A stretch of 63,795 bases of DNA, counting the filler, from Bipalium vagum (Eukaryota), in assembly GCA_037834085.1 (NCBI GenBank). It is 3 parts of 3 records of this genome, joined end to end, with 100 filler letters (N's around TTAATTAATTAA, not from the genome) between each part and the next. Parts side by side here need not be neighbours in the genome. Positions count along the whole stretch, not along the records: positions 1 to 20,307 come from JBBMKC010255650.1; positions 20,408 to 44,616 come from JBBMKC010202050.1; 1 more part is not named here. One strand, written 5' to 3'. The translations under genes and the position numbers were made by a program. Below are positions 13,834 to 27,312 of the stretch, piece by piece (position 1 is the first letter of the stretch; each line of letters opens with the position of its first letter). Below the pieces are notes generated by a model. It saw only the letters and a list, made by a program, of their open reading frames with translations, did no database searches and was not told the origin of the DNA.

Positions 13834-16162
13834 TGACCAAGATTGTGTAATATACGTGTTTTTGATCAACCACCATTTTCAAAAAGTTGAAAAGGTCACA
13901 ATGACTTTCATCAATGCAAAACATTTAATTTATATAAATATATATCATGTCTTATCATTAATAAAATCGTTGTTAAGGTTTTAATACATATTTTTGGAGA
14001 TCTATCGAAGATAAATGTTACTTTTCCTCTAAACATTACACATTACCTAAATAAATAAATCAACTAAATTAACAGAAATAAAATAAAATAAATAAACTTA
14101 GCAATTAATTAAAATTAACCTAATAAGTTGTGTAATGAAAAAATTACATCACCATATTGACAATAGGAATAATCAATATGCATTTTCAGTCGTATAGAGA
14201 CAAGCAAAACTGATAATATTTCGAAAATAAAGCATACAACCAACATAGTCACTATTTCTCAAAATAATTTCCTTACAAGTCCATGTAATTTTTCCAGCAA
14301 GGAAAAAGAAATCTTGGGACACGCCGAAGGCTTTCTTTGTCATTATAAAAGCATAAAGCACTTACGATGAATGTATTTTCTTTTAACTGGACCTATCAAG
14401 CAATTTCCATCGTAGGGAATTTCACTTAGACTCTGGTATATACAAGAATCGTGGTGTTTCGTCTTGTGTGATTTTAATTTTAGAAAACCAAGAGTGCCTT
14501 TTCTTACATTTAGATTTGATGTAAATTCTCTTGATAATTTTCTGCTCTGATTGCAGAATTTATATTAAGTTTTCAGTTATTTTATCATGGATTTCGGGAA
14601 GCTGCCCATACATGTGTTCATAGAAAACATGTTCTACCATTCAGGAATTCATACCAACTATATATTGTTGATCTTCTTGGTAAACAGCAAGCAATTCTGC
14701 AATTATTCAATATAGATTCATTCCCTTATAATAAGAAATAATATGAGACTTCGATATTGTATTGCTTGAAGACTCATTTTAAAATTCTCACTTCTAAATG
14801 AAAACATAAGTTAATATAATAAAACAATTTGATATTAATTTACATATTTAAACAAAAGTATATTGTATAAAAATTTAAATTTTTGAGGTTCGACTCCTAT
14901 CTTATAATCTCTGCAAATAAACTTTTGGAGAAAAATTAAATTTAATTAATACGCTGACCAATTTAAGTTATGCATTTTAATTATTTATTTAAAATTAATT
15001 AAATAAATTTTAAATATTATTTTAGGAGCAACTACTGATTTTTAATCAGTAGAATGTTATCCTAAAATTATTAAATTATAATACATTTTTAATAAAATAA
15101 ATTTTAAATAGTATCAACTACTGATTTTTAGTCAGTAGCATGAATTTATAATCCTAAAATTTTCAAATTTTAGCAATTTATTTTATTTTAGTAATAATTA
15201 AATATAGAATGTAAGCCATGATTGACAGCTTAACTGGCCTACCACAGATGCTAAAATGAGCAGTTGAATAGTATATAAGCCAGCGAAAATTCATTATTTT
15301 TCGCCCTGAAAATTGCCATAATGTAATGATTTATCTTGGTAATTTTATATTGCTGACCAGGGTTTTCCCTGGCACAGTTTTTTAATTAAGGACTGTTGAT
15401 TGTGGACTGCCTGAGCCTTTAGTTTATTGTTGTAATTAAAAGGGTCTTACCCTCATTTTATCAATATATTTTTGGAATAGTTGTTTTTGTGTTTTTATTA
15501 CGAGCTCTTTAGATAGGTCCACAGCAACCTCAGTGTAGGTCAGGTGTGTTTGATAAGAGTTGCGCCAACAAATTTATGTGACCTTTTCTGTACAAGTAAC
15601 ATTTCTTATTAGACACACCACTTACATTAAAATTCATAATTAAAATAAAATCTTTTGGTACCTCATAAGTTGACAGAAAACAATGTAATCATCTCACTAA
15701 GTAATAGTCAATAAATAAAACCATAGACTTATGTAACGACTTGTTAAATATCTCAAGATTTAAGTAATAAAGTAACTGTACTGCAAAACTGTTCGGAAAT
15801 CAGAAGGAATGTCAAGGTGTAAAGCTTGTTTCAATTTAAGATTACATTTTAAAATTTTCTATAAAAGATGCAAACCGTATAAAAAATTACTATTGATTTA
15901 ATAAAACAAAACAGAAATAAATTTTAATTGTAACCTTAAATAGAAACATCCTGTACATGCAAGGTACAAGTTTTATGGTCAAAGAAATAAGGAATAAAAA
16001 AATAGAAATGAAATAACTTTAGTTTCACACTACCAATTTATTTATCATCACAAAAATAGGTTGTCTCATGTTTTCTATAGTTTATTAATCAAATGCTCTG
16101 CAAGTTAACATAACCCGAATGTAACAAAAATTATCACAGTTTGTAAAACATTGACTACTGTT

Positions 16163-18849
16163 TCAAGTCTGTTTAATGAGCTTAGTATGAATTTCATGCA
16201 TCATTTCTTGAGTATTTTCTATACATTTCTGAATATAAATCTGACTCCGATATATCTCTATCATGGACAAGGTATTATCGGTAACTTTAGACTGATCGTT
16301 TTTCAGTTCTTTTACTCTACGTATTGCCTGTAAAAGACGTCTCTCGTGCTTCAAGACAGCCCGTTTCACACCAAGTTTCCTGTATTTGTATATTAACCAT
16401 CCTTCTTTAATTACATTTGCAGCAAAGGTTTTCCTCTGCTTGTTCTGTTCAATGCTAATCACAAAATTATGAACGTACAATTCTGCACGACTCAATTCCA
16501 GTTTCCTTGCCAAAACCGCAACCACAAGTGCCGTACATCCCACCCCAAATGTTCCTGAAATATAAATAATAAAAAGTATAATAATAATTAAAAAGAAACC
16601 ATAAGAAGGTATAGGGATTAGCTTTGTTCTGATTAAAAGCACAACATCTGCGCAATTTACCAATTCCTTACCAAAGAAAAAGGAATATCCATCATCAAAG
16701 AGATGCATATCTTATTGACAGTTGCGGAAACAGAAACATGTCAATTACATAACTGTAACATCAAAGAACTGAATAAAATTACCTCAGAAGCAATGAAACA
16801 CACGGTAAACTTTGACAAAAAATAAGTACAACGAAAATGAGAGAAGTCACAATAACTTAAACAGAAATATCCATTTTAAAAGATCTATTGATATAATTTA
16901 TGTGAATCAACTCAAGAAATAGTCCTGAATAATATATCAATACAGTCGATATGTGAGGTTGACCACAATCAGAAAAGATATCGAAATGACTATGAGAAAA
17001 TGATTATTAAAAAATAGCGACTGAGATTCAAAAAACTAAAGGTAGTTCTTAAGACAGTGGTAAGACGTTTGAACCAAGAAACTTCAAAAAGTCTGATGGA
17101 ATCACTGAATAAAATACTACATATTTCTATCATACAGTATTGGCTATTTTTCATCGGCCACTGTCAATTTTATTAAATTATTTAAAAAGTGCATTTCGTT
17201 AAAAAAGAATTATTACGAAAACATGGTCAAGCATTAAGTTTTGCATAATTTGTAGTTTAAATATGATATCACTAATACTTAGTGTGTTTACCTATTGCTG
17301 TAAGTACTGCAGTCAACCTATTCGGCATAGAATCAATCAATTTTGAGCAATAGTTCATGATAATTTCGTTAACCCTAACAAGTTTAATTATTTCAATTAA
17401 ATTTAGGTATGACATAGGATTATGTAGTTAAACTTTCTGTTTTCGAACTTTCCAGCAGTTTGGGCGATAGATCTGGAGAGTTTCCTAGTCATGGACCCAG
17501 AATATTAATGTTATTATTAATAAGCCAAGCCTTGTTGATGCCACACTTTGTTGGAAATAATCACAGTTTTAATTGCAAGAAACGGTTTTACTATTTCTTC
17601 TAGACAGTTGCATATACGGCTTTATTTTGAGGAAGAAATCAGAGTCAATAGGAATAGAAGTAAATAAATGACAGGGTGACCAATGACTGTATACATAATA
17701 CTTATGGGATTATAAAAATTACAAGATGACAAAGACTACATGGAAAACAAGTCCACGAAAAAAATTTTGAAATAGTAGAAGAACTATTATTAAATTTAGA
17801 AGGAGGATCAAAACAAAATGAAAGATACGTAAGTGCAATGAAGATAATGGAGGAAATATATGATGGAAAATATCGTTTTAAAAATCCAAGTGAAAGAGAA
17901 ATTAAAAGAAAGATAATAGAATACAAATAATAATAATAATAATGATAATAATAATAAAAAATTAATTTTAACCTGTCATTACTGAGATCGCTTTACCACA
18001 CTTAGTTTGTGGAACAATATCTCCATAACCAACTGTGAGAAATGTAATTGTAATTACCCACAAGCTGTCAAAAAAATCAATCTGGGCTTCTCCTTGATAG
18101 ATTTCACAGGCTCGAAGGGCCCAGCTTGCCCAGAGAATGGCAAATGTTATCATAATTGTCAGCACGTACTCAGCGTACAAAGTCATTAGAGACTTAAAAA
18201 CAAATGAAAAATTAAAGCGAATTTTGTTTAGGGCTCCTAAGCTTTGTGCGGAAGCGTCTTGATAAAGTTGGCTATGAAGCATTAAAACACGACAAACAAG
18301 GAAAAATCTCAAAAACATCGGAAGTGACAGAAAAACATCTACCGGAATCATGTCCAAATTTTGTGGTGATGGATTATACTTCTTTTCCTTTTTGAAAAAA
18401 GAAACCAATTTCAACCGACGACTTCCTGGAAAGGGATGAATCAGGCATATAATGAACTCCAAACCAATCACCAAAATCCTTGACAGAGAAATGGCAAGTC
18501 TGCAGTCTTCCATTCCGTTGTCTATCATGAACACCTTTATATTCAAAATGTGATACCAGACAAGAAATATGAGAGTCACCAATGTTGTAAAACTGATACC
18601 GAGTTTTATGACGGTTGATGTATAAATATTCGTATATTTATTATTGCTCACTTTGAAAATGGCAAGCTCAATATAGGTTATCATGAGAAGGATACCGATG
18701 ATAGCGAATATCAGGCAGATATCGCAAATGAATTTCCTTTTCTTGTATAACACTTTTCGTAGCGACAATTTGGCGCCTATGTTTTGAATGCTTGTCATGT
18801 CTTTTTTTGGGCGTCCGAAAGGCATAGGATTTTCCTTGAGATTATTCAT
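16163..18849 (-). CDS. KCNN: Small/intermediate-conductance Ca2+-activated K+ channel (SK/KCNN family), 2 coding exons, about 422 aa
   Basis: Exon 18849-17973, GT-AG intron 17972-16555, exon 16554-16163 (1269 nt in total). Six TM segments, S4-S5 linker LYQDASAQSLGALNKIRFN, pore [17 protein letters not shown], S6 GCTALVVAVLARKLELSRAE and CaM-binding domain VHNF...AANVIKEGWLIYK...HERRLLQAI. An acceptor-like TTTTAG just upstream of the ATG allows for an additional 5' exon. Confidence 0.96.
17300..17500 (-). mobile_element. Tc1 transposase C-terminal remnant in the KCNN intron
   Basis: GNSPDLSP and YCSKLIDSMPNR motifs on the minus strand. Confidence 0.55.
17702..17957 (+). mobile_element. Probable 3' end of a 5'-truncated non-LTR retrotransposon
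   Basis: The + frame YGIIKITR*QRLHGKQVHEK...REIKRKIIEYK* ends exactly where a (TAA)n tail begins, as at a LINE 3' end. No diagnostic RT motif is present. Confidence 0.35.
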
Positions 18850-19536
18850 ATCTAAAACTATGTACAATTAGGAAATAAGAACCTTTATAAACGATCCAAG
18901 GTTAACTTTAAAATATATATAAATTATTCGTTTTTTTGTTTTAATAAAACATATTATAATTGAAAAGAAGTTCTTGTCCAAATTTTAATAACGATATTTT
19001 AAAATTATAATAAAAATGGATTGATGGAATTGAAACAGAAGAAAAAAGGAAGTTATTAAAGGTCTTAAGAATAAGGTGATGTCTCTTACCTAGATTGGAA
19101 ATAAATTGATGAAATAAATAAATTAATTAATGAACTAACTAATTTGATGAAATTGTTAAATTTTAAATTATGCTTTTTAATTAAATTTAAAATAAAACAA
19201 AATTATATTAATACTTTTATATTAAAATAATAATAAATTGAAAATAAATATAACAATGTATAAATTGAAATAAAGAAAATTGCGGATCTCATTCGATTTC
19301 ACTGAATCGCTTTGCATTTGTTTTAATTAAATATTTTAATCAATTTTTTAGCGAAATTGATAAAAAGAATAATATTACAAAATTTATGCAAATTTAATTT
19401 TAAATAAATTACAAGGATAGAAAACATGTTTAGGATGATCAAAAATATGTGGTGCGCAAATTAAGTAATTAGTCTCGACAGGAAATAATTACTTTATAAA
19501 AAGATATTTAAAGTGATTAATTCTAATATTTATATA

Positions 19537-20307
19537 CACTACCGTCCATAAGTTTAATCGCACTTAATAAAATAACTATTTTATAATGAAATGATCGCAT
19601 TCTAAGATTTCTTAAGGTAACAATAAAAGAAATAAATAATTTTAAAACACTTTGTATTTTTTATAAAAAATAACACGTATTATTACACAATAAGCACATT
19701 AACTAACATTTAAATTAAATGCTGTTTTATTCAAAATGACATTCTCTAGATTTACTAAGAGCCTGACATATTCGAGGTAGTCTGTCAAACAACTTTTTAA
19801 AGTACTGACCATCAAGAGATTCCCAAATACTTTTAAGTGATAACCAAAAATTTATTTTTCCACTTGGATGATTTTTTCGCATCTCTCTATCCAAATGATC
19901 CCAGAGTTGTTCTATTTGATTGCAATCAGGACTTTGAGATGGCCAGGTCATCATCTGTAGAAAACCTTCTTCAGATTTCTTTCTTAAATACTCCTTTACC
20001 ACTTTAGCAGTGTGTTTTGGATTGTTGTCCTGCTGGCAAAAGAATCCTTCACCAATTAATTCTGCTCCACAAATCAATGCATGTTCTTTTAAAATGTCCA
20101 AGTAGACTTCTTTCGTCATTCTTCCAACAATTTTCACAAGTCTTCCAACTTGTGCACCCCCAAATCAACCTCAAACCATGATGTTTCCTCCTCCACGCTT
20201 AATAGTTTGCACTGTACACTCTTCCAGCAAAATTTCCCAAGGCCGACGACGGACAAATGATCGACGCTTATTGCCAAAAATTTCAAATTTGGATTCGTCT
20301 GACCAAA
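19537..20307 (-). mobile_element. Tc1 (DD34E) transposon, 3' half, cut by the contig end
   Basis: TA + CACTACCGTCCATAAGTTT terminal repeat; motifs WSDESKF, GGGNIMV*G, QQDNNPKH and WPSQSPDCNQIEQLW; in-frame stops. Confidence 0.9.
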
Positions 20308-20407
20308 NNNNNNNNNNNNNNNNNNNNNNNNNNNNNNNNNNNNNNNNNNNNTTAATTAATTAANNNNNNNNNNNNNNNNNNNNNNNNNNNNNNNNNNNNN
20401 NNNNNNN
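20308..20407. other. Artificial contig spacer (44 N + TTAATTAATTAA + 44 N)
   Basis: Exactly 100 bp; six-frame stop linker identical to the one at 44617-44716. Confidence 0.97.
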
Positions 20408-20814
20408 CTGATCCAGCTGCTCAGATTCTCTTTTGATTATTATTTACTTTATTATTAATTTATTTTATTATTATTATCTTTATAATTAAAATACTTTCTT
20501 TATAAAAATACTTTGTTCTTTATTATTATTTATTTTTAAAAAAAATTTATTAACACAAATTTGTAATATAATAAAGAGAAGTCCGTAAGATTTTCACTAA
20601 TTAAGTAAAATAAAAGTTATAACAATGTTTGATAACACTGTAATCCTTTCCAACAGCTCCTCATCCCTTTCTCTTCTTGGTTGATGATTCCCACACTACT
20701 TGTATAATCTTCTTGAATTTTTCAAATATAACTTTATTGCAAAGTTTTATGTAATTTACTAGAGTGATGCAAAAGTTCGTGTTCAAAATTATATATATAT
20801 TTACAACAATAATA

Positions 20815-21620
20815 CTACTCTTCACACTAAGGTCCATTAACCACAATAATTTTAAAACACCGATCTGCTAGCATTCTTATATTGTCAAAGTACTAATTTC
20901 TTTGTTTTGATTCGATTAACTCTTTACAAGCAACCTCAATTTCGGCGTCCACTGAAGAAAAGCTGCATGTATCGAAACAACCAAAAATCAGATGATGCAA
21001 CATCAGGACTGTAGGCAGGATGAGGCAAGATCTCAACTCATTGCAGGTTTTCAATTTTTTGGATTATAGGAGCAGTGTATGGCTTAACATTTGGAATCAG
21101 TTCATAATGAAGAATTTCTTCAAAATTCCAATAGACACAACAAGAAATTTCTGGAAAACCTGGATTGACTTGAGATTGAAGGCAGACATTGACTTCTTGG
21201 AACAGAAACCCAAAACCGATCATTTAGCGGGTTCTCAATCAGCTTTTGCACATATCAACTCTCTTTTTCGCTTGCTCTTCACTTAGTTTATTTAAATCTT
21301 GTGGTTTTTTTGTAAATAAAATCGAGCTGATTTAGATGTATCAGGTCAGTTGTATGATGTACATCAACATTTACACATAAATCGCGTGAAGTTGAAGCAG
21401 GATTGTTTTTCAAGGCTTTAATCAATTCATCATCCAGTAACAGTAAAGGTCGACCAAAAGGTGGTTTGTCTTCAAGGTTCAAATATCCTTTATTTAAGCG
21501 CTTGAACCGTTTAGCAGCAGTCAACTGAGTAACAATTCCTTCACCTTCAAACTTACATAAATACTTGCAAACATCCCTCGTGCTCAAGTCTTTGTATAAG
21601 TCATCATAATAAGAAGATTT
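20815..21620 (-). mobile_element. Degenerate mariner (DD34D) element
   Basis: HTH with LEDKPPFGRP, then LSEEQAKKRVDMCK, CCVYWNFEEILHYELIP and LPHPAYSPDVASSDFWLFR; internal deletions. Confidence 0.85.
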
Positions 21621-22145
21621 TTATTGAAATTTATATTTATTGAAATTCAAAAACTTACAGTCAATATTTCAATATTTAAGCAATTGACAAATTGCTACTT
21701 AAATAAAATTATACATTTTAAACATAAAATTTTGAAAATAACGGTAAAACCTCATTTTAAATGTAAATTTTCTTTATAATATTTATTTTGCAGAACCTTT
21801 GCATCACCATAGTAATTTTATTTGTTAAATCAATACCATATTTATATATCAATATATTATTTGTTTGTTAAATATCTGAGCTAAGCAGTATTTAAAGAGT
21901 ATTTAATCGTTTAACATACCATAACTGGTGTGGCTAAATGAAATGTACTTGAAAGATGCCTATATGTTACTAAAAAAGGTATATGTAAATGACGTAGGCT
22001 ATTGGTTAATATTATCCTTAGTAAATGTGTACATTTTGTAAATTCAAAATTAATTGTGCAATGAAAAATATATTTACACATTCTCATTTTAGATGAGTAA
22101 AATATATTTAAGTTGTGTTGCTTTATTTAAACATGGACTTATGTA

Positions 22146-22570
22146 CAGTGCGCTACAAATTAATTACCGCAATTACAAAAAATGACATTATCTTTTGTCC
22201 AAAGATTTCAAAATATTTACACAATGTAGCTATTAGTGTCTTAATCCAAATGTAAAAAAATAATTGAAAAATTCTTAATATAACCAACTATATTAAACAA
22301 AGAATAAAAATATCAAGAAAAAACCGACACAAATTAATTGCCGCAATTTCCAAGAAACCGATTTCTATTCACAAAAAATGTACCAATACGATTCTAATAG
22401 TTAATTGAGCTGCCGTGAGTATAAATAGTCTCATAAATTCTATTTGGCATTGAAGTTACCAAATTTTCCAGGATGTATTGATCCATGTCTTCCCAACAGC
22501 CAATAACTACCGGTCTCAGCTCATCAATAGAATTGAATTGCTTTCCATCAGCATATATACCTTCCGAACG
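22146..22570 (-). mobile_element. Tc3-like transposon 3' end
   Basis: TA + CAGTGCGCTACAAATTAATTACCGCA end, with an internal direct repeat near 22328; C-terminus IYADGKQFNSIDEL...LENLVTSMPNRI...GSSINY. Confidence 0.8.
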
Positions 22571-25022
22571 AACACTCCCCATAAGTATGTAGGAGTTCAT
22601 TACACTGAGGGATTTAATATCCTAATTGAGTTCTAAACTTGATTATATTATGAATTGAATCTGGATTAGCCAATTAAATGTTGATTTTGATTTGCAGTAG
22701 TATCTCCTATACCAAATAAGAACCAAAAACCCTCGAATATCATACAGAAATACACGGAATGTTTAAAATAATAATTCAAAGATCGTGAGAAAATATAGAC
22801 TTAATGAATTTTTACCAAAAATTCATTATCATCTTATGAAAATCCAAATACTCAAAAGATAATTGGAGGATAAGATTTTTATAAGGGAATCAGTTTATTT
22901 TATTCCTTTGAGAAAAAGAAGGAATCCAATTTGCTGTGACAATGATGAACCAATAAAATCTCGTTTCTGAGAGCTGACGGCATGAATGGCCAATTGTGAC
23001 TATAAAATCAGACTTCAGAGCCAGAGGGTTCGAAAACTAGATTATATTTATGACTAGAGGTCTAGTAGACCCGCTCAACTCTTAAAGGGACCCAAACCAA
23101 AGTCAGTCTTATGTAGTATAATTTTATTTCGACCTTGTTTTAAATTTGATTTTTACAGATTTCCTAAATCCCAATATGATTTTATTTCATTTCAATCTAC
23201 ATTCTTTTATGTTTTATTTAAAATTTTATTTATTAACTGACCTTTGTGATTGCTAAGAAGAGGAAAGGTAGTTAAACATCATGTCATAGGAGCAGTTGGT
23301 TGAATGCGATCGGAAAAAATAGTAGTAGATACATTGTAATATCTTCGGGGCAGCATTTGTGAAATGTATTAGCCGTATATAAAGATGTTGTTCGGTAGTG
23401 AAATTTGAGATTTTGTTCATTCGTTGTGGCGTTTATTGATTAAATATTTTAGAAATTCGAATTTGTCTAGTGCGTTGTGAACTCAGATATGGGACTTTAG
23501 TTACATCTTCAAGGAAGAAATCTTTTACAAAACGGTACTATTATTTTTATAATAGAACAATTAAACGTTATATTTTATTTTTTTTTTATTAAACTATTTC
23601 TATTTTTTTAAACTTAATTACCTAATCACAATTTAAATTAATTACATTTAGCAGGGGAATTTGATTTTAAATACGTGAACTTCGAAAAACACGTGGCAAC
23701 AGTCGTAAAAGATGGAGCTTCACTACTAAAACCTTTCCTCCCCTTTCAAATTATTCACTGGCTTTTAATCAATTCGGTATTCATATAGCATGCAAATGCG
23801 CACCTGTTCTTTGTCATCGGAGGATATGACACATTTGTAATTTTATTCTATTTCCGTTATTAGTCTGATGACTGCTTGGGATTGACTCCGAGAATTTTTG
23901 GTAGAACCATCGTAACAAAATATATCACAGTTAATAATAAACGATGATTAAATGTATTTAATTAGTATAAAAGTTTATTATTAATATTTTTATTCTTATT
24001 ATTTTATTGGAGTAAATGGGAAATTTACAAAGATTAATCGTTTATTATTAACTGTGAAATGTTGCTCACACAAGAATCTGTGGAACATCCCAAAATAAAC
24101 ATTCAAACTTTGAACAATCATTTGATCATAATTTTACTGTTAATAAACATTTTGATTTTTATTCATGTAAAAAGATTTATGACTGATAGTCAGAAAACTT
24201 TCTTTTAAAAATAATAATAATTATTATTATTAATTATAAATCATTATCAGAAAAGCAATAAAGAATTTATATAAAAAAATAAAATAGAAAATAGCCATTA
24301 CTAAAAATAAAAAATAATAGAAATAAAATTATATAAGTTGTTAAAAATAGCCTTTGGATAAATAAAAGTATAGAAATTTCTAAAAAAGGAAATTACATAT
24401 TACTAAAAATAAAAATGTATAAAAATAAATAATATAAAAGAGCTTAACCAAAAGCATAAGACACACAATATAATTAAATCTCACGGTAGACGTGTAGAAA
24501 GTAGAATAATAATTAAAAGGTCAAGAAATCGTCGTTGGTGAAAAAATCTAGCAACAGATAAACAGTCAGTTCAATCACGTCAAATTCCAAGCAAGTATCG
24601 AAGTGCACATTTCAGAACGAATTCCGACACATTAGCACCATCTACAATTGGCTATATAAGCAAGACTGTCAAACGCGAAATTACCAGCTGCAGAAAAAAT
24701 TAAAAGAGTATCAAAGGATCTAGGAAAAAGACTAGAAGGAAATTAAGAAGTAACGTCGAACACAACATTAAAGTAGAAGGTAAATCATTTGGATATTTCT
24801 ATTATTATTACTACATAGATTCATACTGAGTACAGAAGTATTGAATCTTATTTTCACTAAAATAAATAATCAACTACAGTTAAGCAATATTAATCGATTT
24901 GAAATTCTTATATTTGATCGATTTATATATTGTGTCAGTCAGCTTAGTGTTTCAAAGTTCATCCGTAATTCCTTCTGATAGCACATACTTTGTTAAGTGA
25001 CCTAAAAACTCAAGTTAAGTCT

Positions 25023-25110
25023 ATTAAAATCAACCACATTTTTTAGGAACTTAACAGATCAATTAAAATCAACCACATTTTTAGGAACATAACATATCAA
25101 TTAAAATCAA
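25023..25110. repeat. About 38-39 bp tandem duplication (about 2.3 copies)
   Basis: ATTAAAATCAACCACATTTTTAGGAACWTAACAKATCA repeated head to tail. Confidence 0.85.
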
Positions 25111-25679
25111 AATATATTCAGCCAATATTATATTAAATATATTTTGCAATTATAATTTTTGTTAATTTATGAAAAAAATCATGATTAAACTAAATAAACA
25201 ATGTTTAAAATACCGACTTTTGAAATAAATCGTTTTATTACATAAAATCGTTTCTGCATCAAAATTTTAAATGTATAGTACGTATAATAATAAGATCTAA
25301 ATTAAAATTTAAAAAAAAATTACAGTTATTAAAACTGCAGTTACACCATATTGGAAAATATTCAATTTAATTTACAAGAAAAAAAAGATTTAAAAAAGAA
25401 ATTTTAAAAGCTTTTTTACATTTTCCCTAAAGACAAAGATAATAAATATCAGAATAGGATTTTTATGAGTTAATAACTGTGAAGGTCAGTAATAAATCAT
25501 TTTAAGAGGCCTAATTTTTAATTATTGACAATAAACTTTTCAAAGTCACTTTAAAATGTTAGTTTAAATTGTGGTAAAATTGAAATCTTTATAAAAATAA
25601 GTCTGACAAAACAGAAAGTATGCAAATCCTCAGAACTAGAGAGCACAGAACAAGCACTTTTTAAAATGTATTAGTCTTG

Positions 25680-26120
25680 TGGTGTGAGCCTGTTCTGTAG
25701 AAAGGGTTCTTCTATAGAATACACTTTTCATCTGAAGTGAAACTTTTCTTCCAAAATGGCTCTTTGGTATATCTTATTAGATTTTGCATTTGAAATCATG
25801 ATCATTATAGATTTCTGCTCATTTGATAAATTATGTGGAATCTATATCCAAGCTCTGTAGGATTTACCGGTAAGGTTCAGATAAACGCAGCCACTTCTGC
25901 AGCGTTTTGCCTGGGATTCGATTCAGCGAATTGTTGTATAGTTTTAATCGATGGTCGTCATTTTTCGACCAATACATCTATTATCATTTCTGAATCTATT
26001 AAATCATATCTTTTGTTGGGTCTCATTCAATCCATTCTTCTCATAAATTTATCCTTAGGTGACAAGTCTTGCACTAGACTCCTTGTCAAATTCAAACAGT
26101 ATCAAACATTATCTTATAGC
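25680..26120 (-). mobile_element. Mariner transposase remnant
   Basis: AWI*IPHNLSNEQK (WVPHEL motif) and DEKCILY (DEKWILY motif). Confidence 0.65.
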
Positions 26121-27312
26121 ATTCATATTTTGATATTAAAAATGTATGTAGTAAAGATATTATTTAAATAAATAATCGATTAAATATCCACCTAATAATT
26201 AAATCTATTTTTATTTATAAGAAACTGATTTAATATAAAATAAGAGTGATTAAAATGGCTGGTCTCTATTCAGGAGACCTAATTAGCTGCATATAAAAAT
26301 TATAAACTTATAAGGTTGTTTAATTTATTGCGAAAACTAATAATTATTCTTTCCTGATTTATTTTATTTTTATAAAATCACAAAATGTGAATAAATAACC
26401 CTTTTTAAAATTTGTTACAATTAGTCAAATTAATCATTTTATAAAGAAAAATGCTTAAAAGTTTTAATAAATAAAAATATATTAAATGCTGATCGATAAT
26501 TCCCTTGGAATAACATTGAAATGAGATTAAAAGTTTATAAAGATTTAGATACTCAAAAGGTTGCAGAAAACCAATAGCAATAAAAAAGATTTTTTCAAAA
26601 ATAATAACCCGAAATATTTATTTTTGTTTAATCAAAATTACATAAAATCCTTTAGGATATATTAAACATTTTTGTTTTTGAGGCCTGTGTAATCAGTGCT
26701 CATACAATCAAGGATTAATAAGAATATATATAATATATCCACCAATTCCGAGATTATCACTTAATCACATAATCTTTTTCATTCTCGACTAATTCTCTGA
26801 TTTTTCATAATAATAATATTTTATTTTGAAAGGAATCTTATAAAACAAAAAATTATTTAAATTCTTAAATACAAGGAGATTGGTAAATTTTTAAACTAAT
26901 TACCTTCTTTTACTAGTAAACTCCCATTTTTAGGACCGAGAAAATTAAGAATTTTAGAATTGTGAAATTTAAAATGAAGATATAAATTCAAAGAGACATA
27001 ATTACGCAACCGTTTTATCTTAAAATATCTAATAGTGATCTGTTTTTCTCACTTAGTATTTTTATCTTCAGCTTCCTTTGTATTGAATGTAATTCTTTAA
27101 ATCTTGCCTAATTATAGTCAGACTGTTACTCTGTGCCAATGTAAGGCTTTGAAGATCTTAAAGAAAAATAGGTGTTATAAAGCAAGAAAGATTATATATT
27201 TCCAAAGATTGAAAGTTATTGTTATATTAGGAAATATTTTTTGTCTTCAACTTAATTAATTTTTTAATTATAATTATTTTTTAATAATCTTTTTTTCCTA
27301 AAAAATGGTATT

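Noticed and set aside
16555-16708. N-terminal hydrophobic part of ORF 16163-16708 as coding
   Set aside because: It is intron sequence read through in frame; KCNN homology starts at the acceptor at 16554.
20352-20363. TTAATTAATTAA palindrome as a biological site (also 44661-44672)
   Set aside because: It is centred in identical N padding and is an assembly linker with stops in all six frames.
25023-25110. 38-39 bp repeats as a CRISPR-like array
   Set aside because: The units are head to tail with no spacers, in a eukaryotic context.
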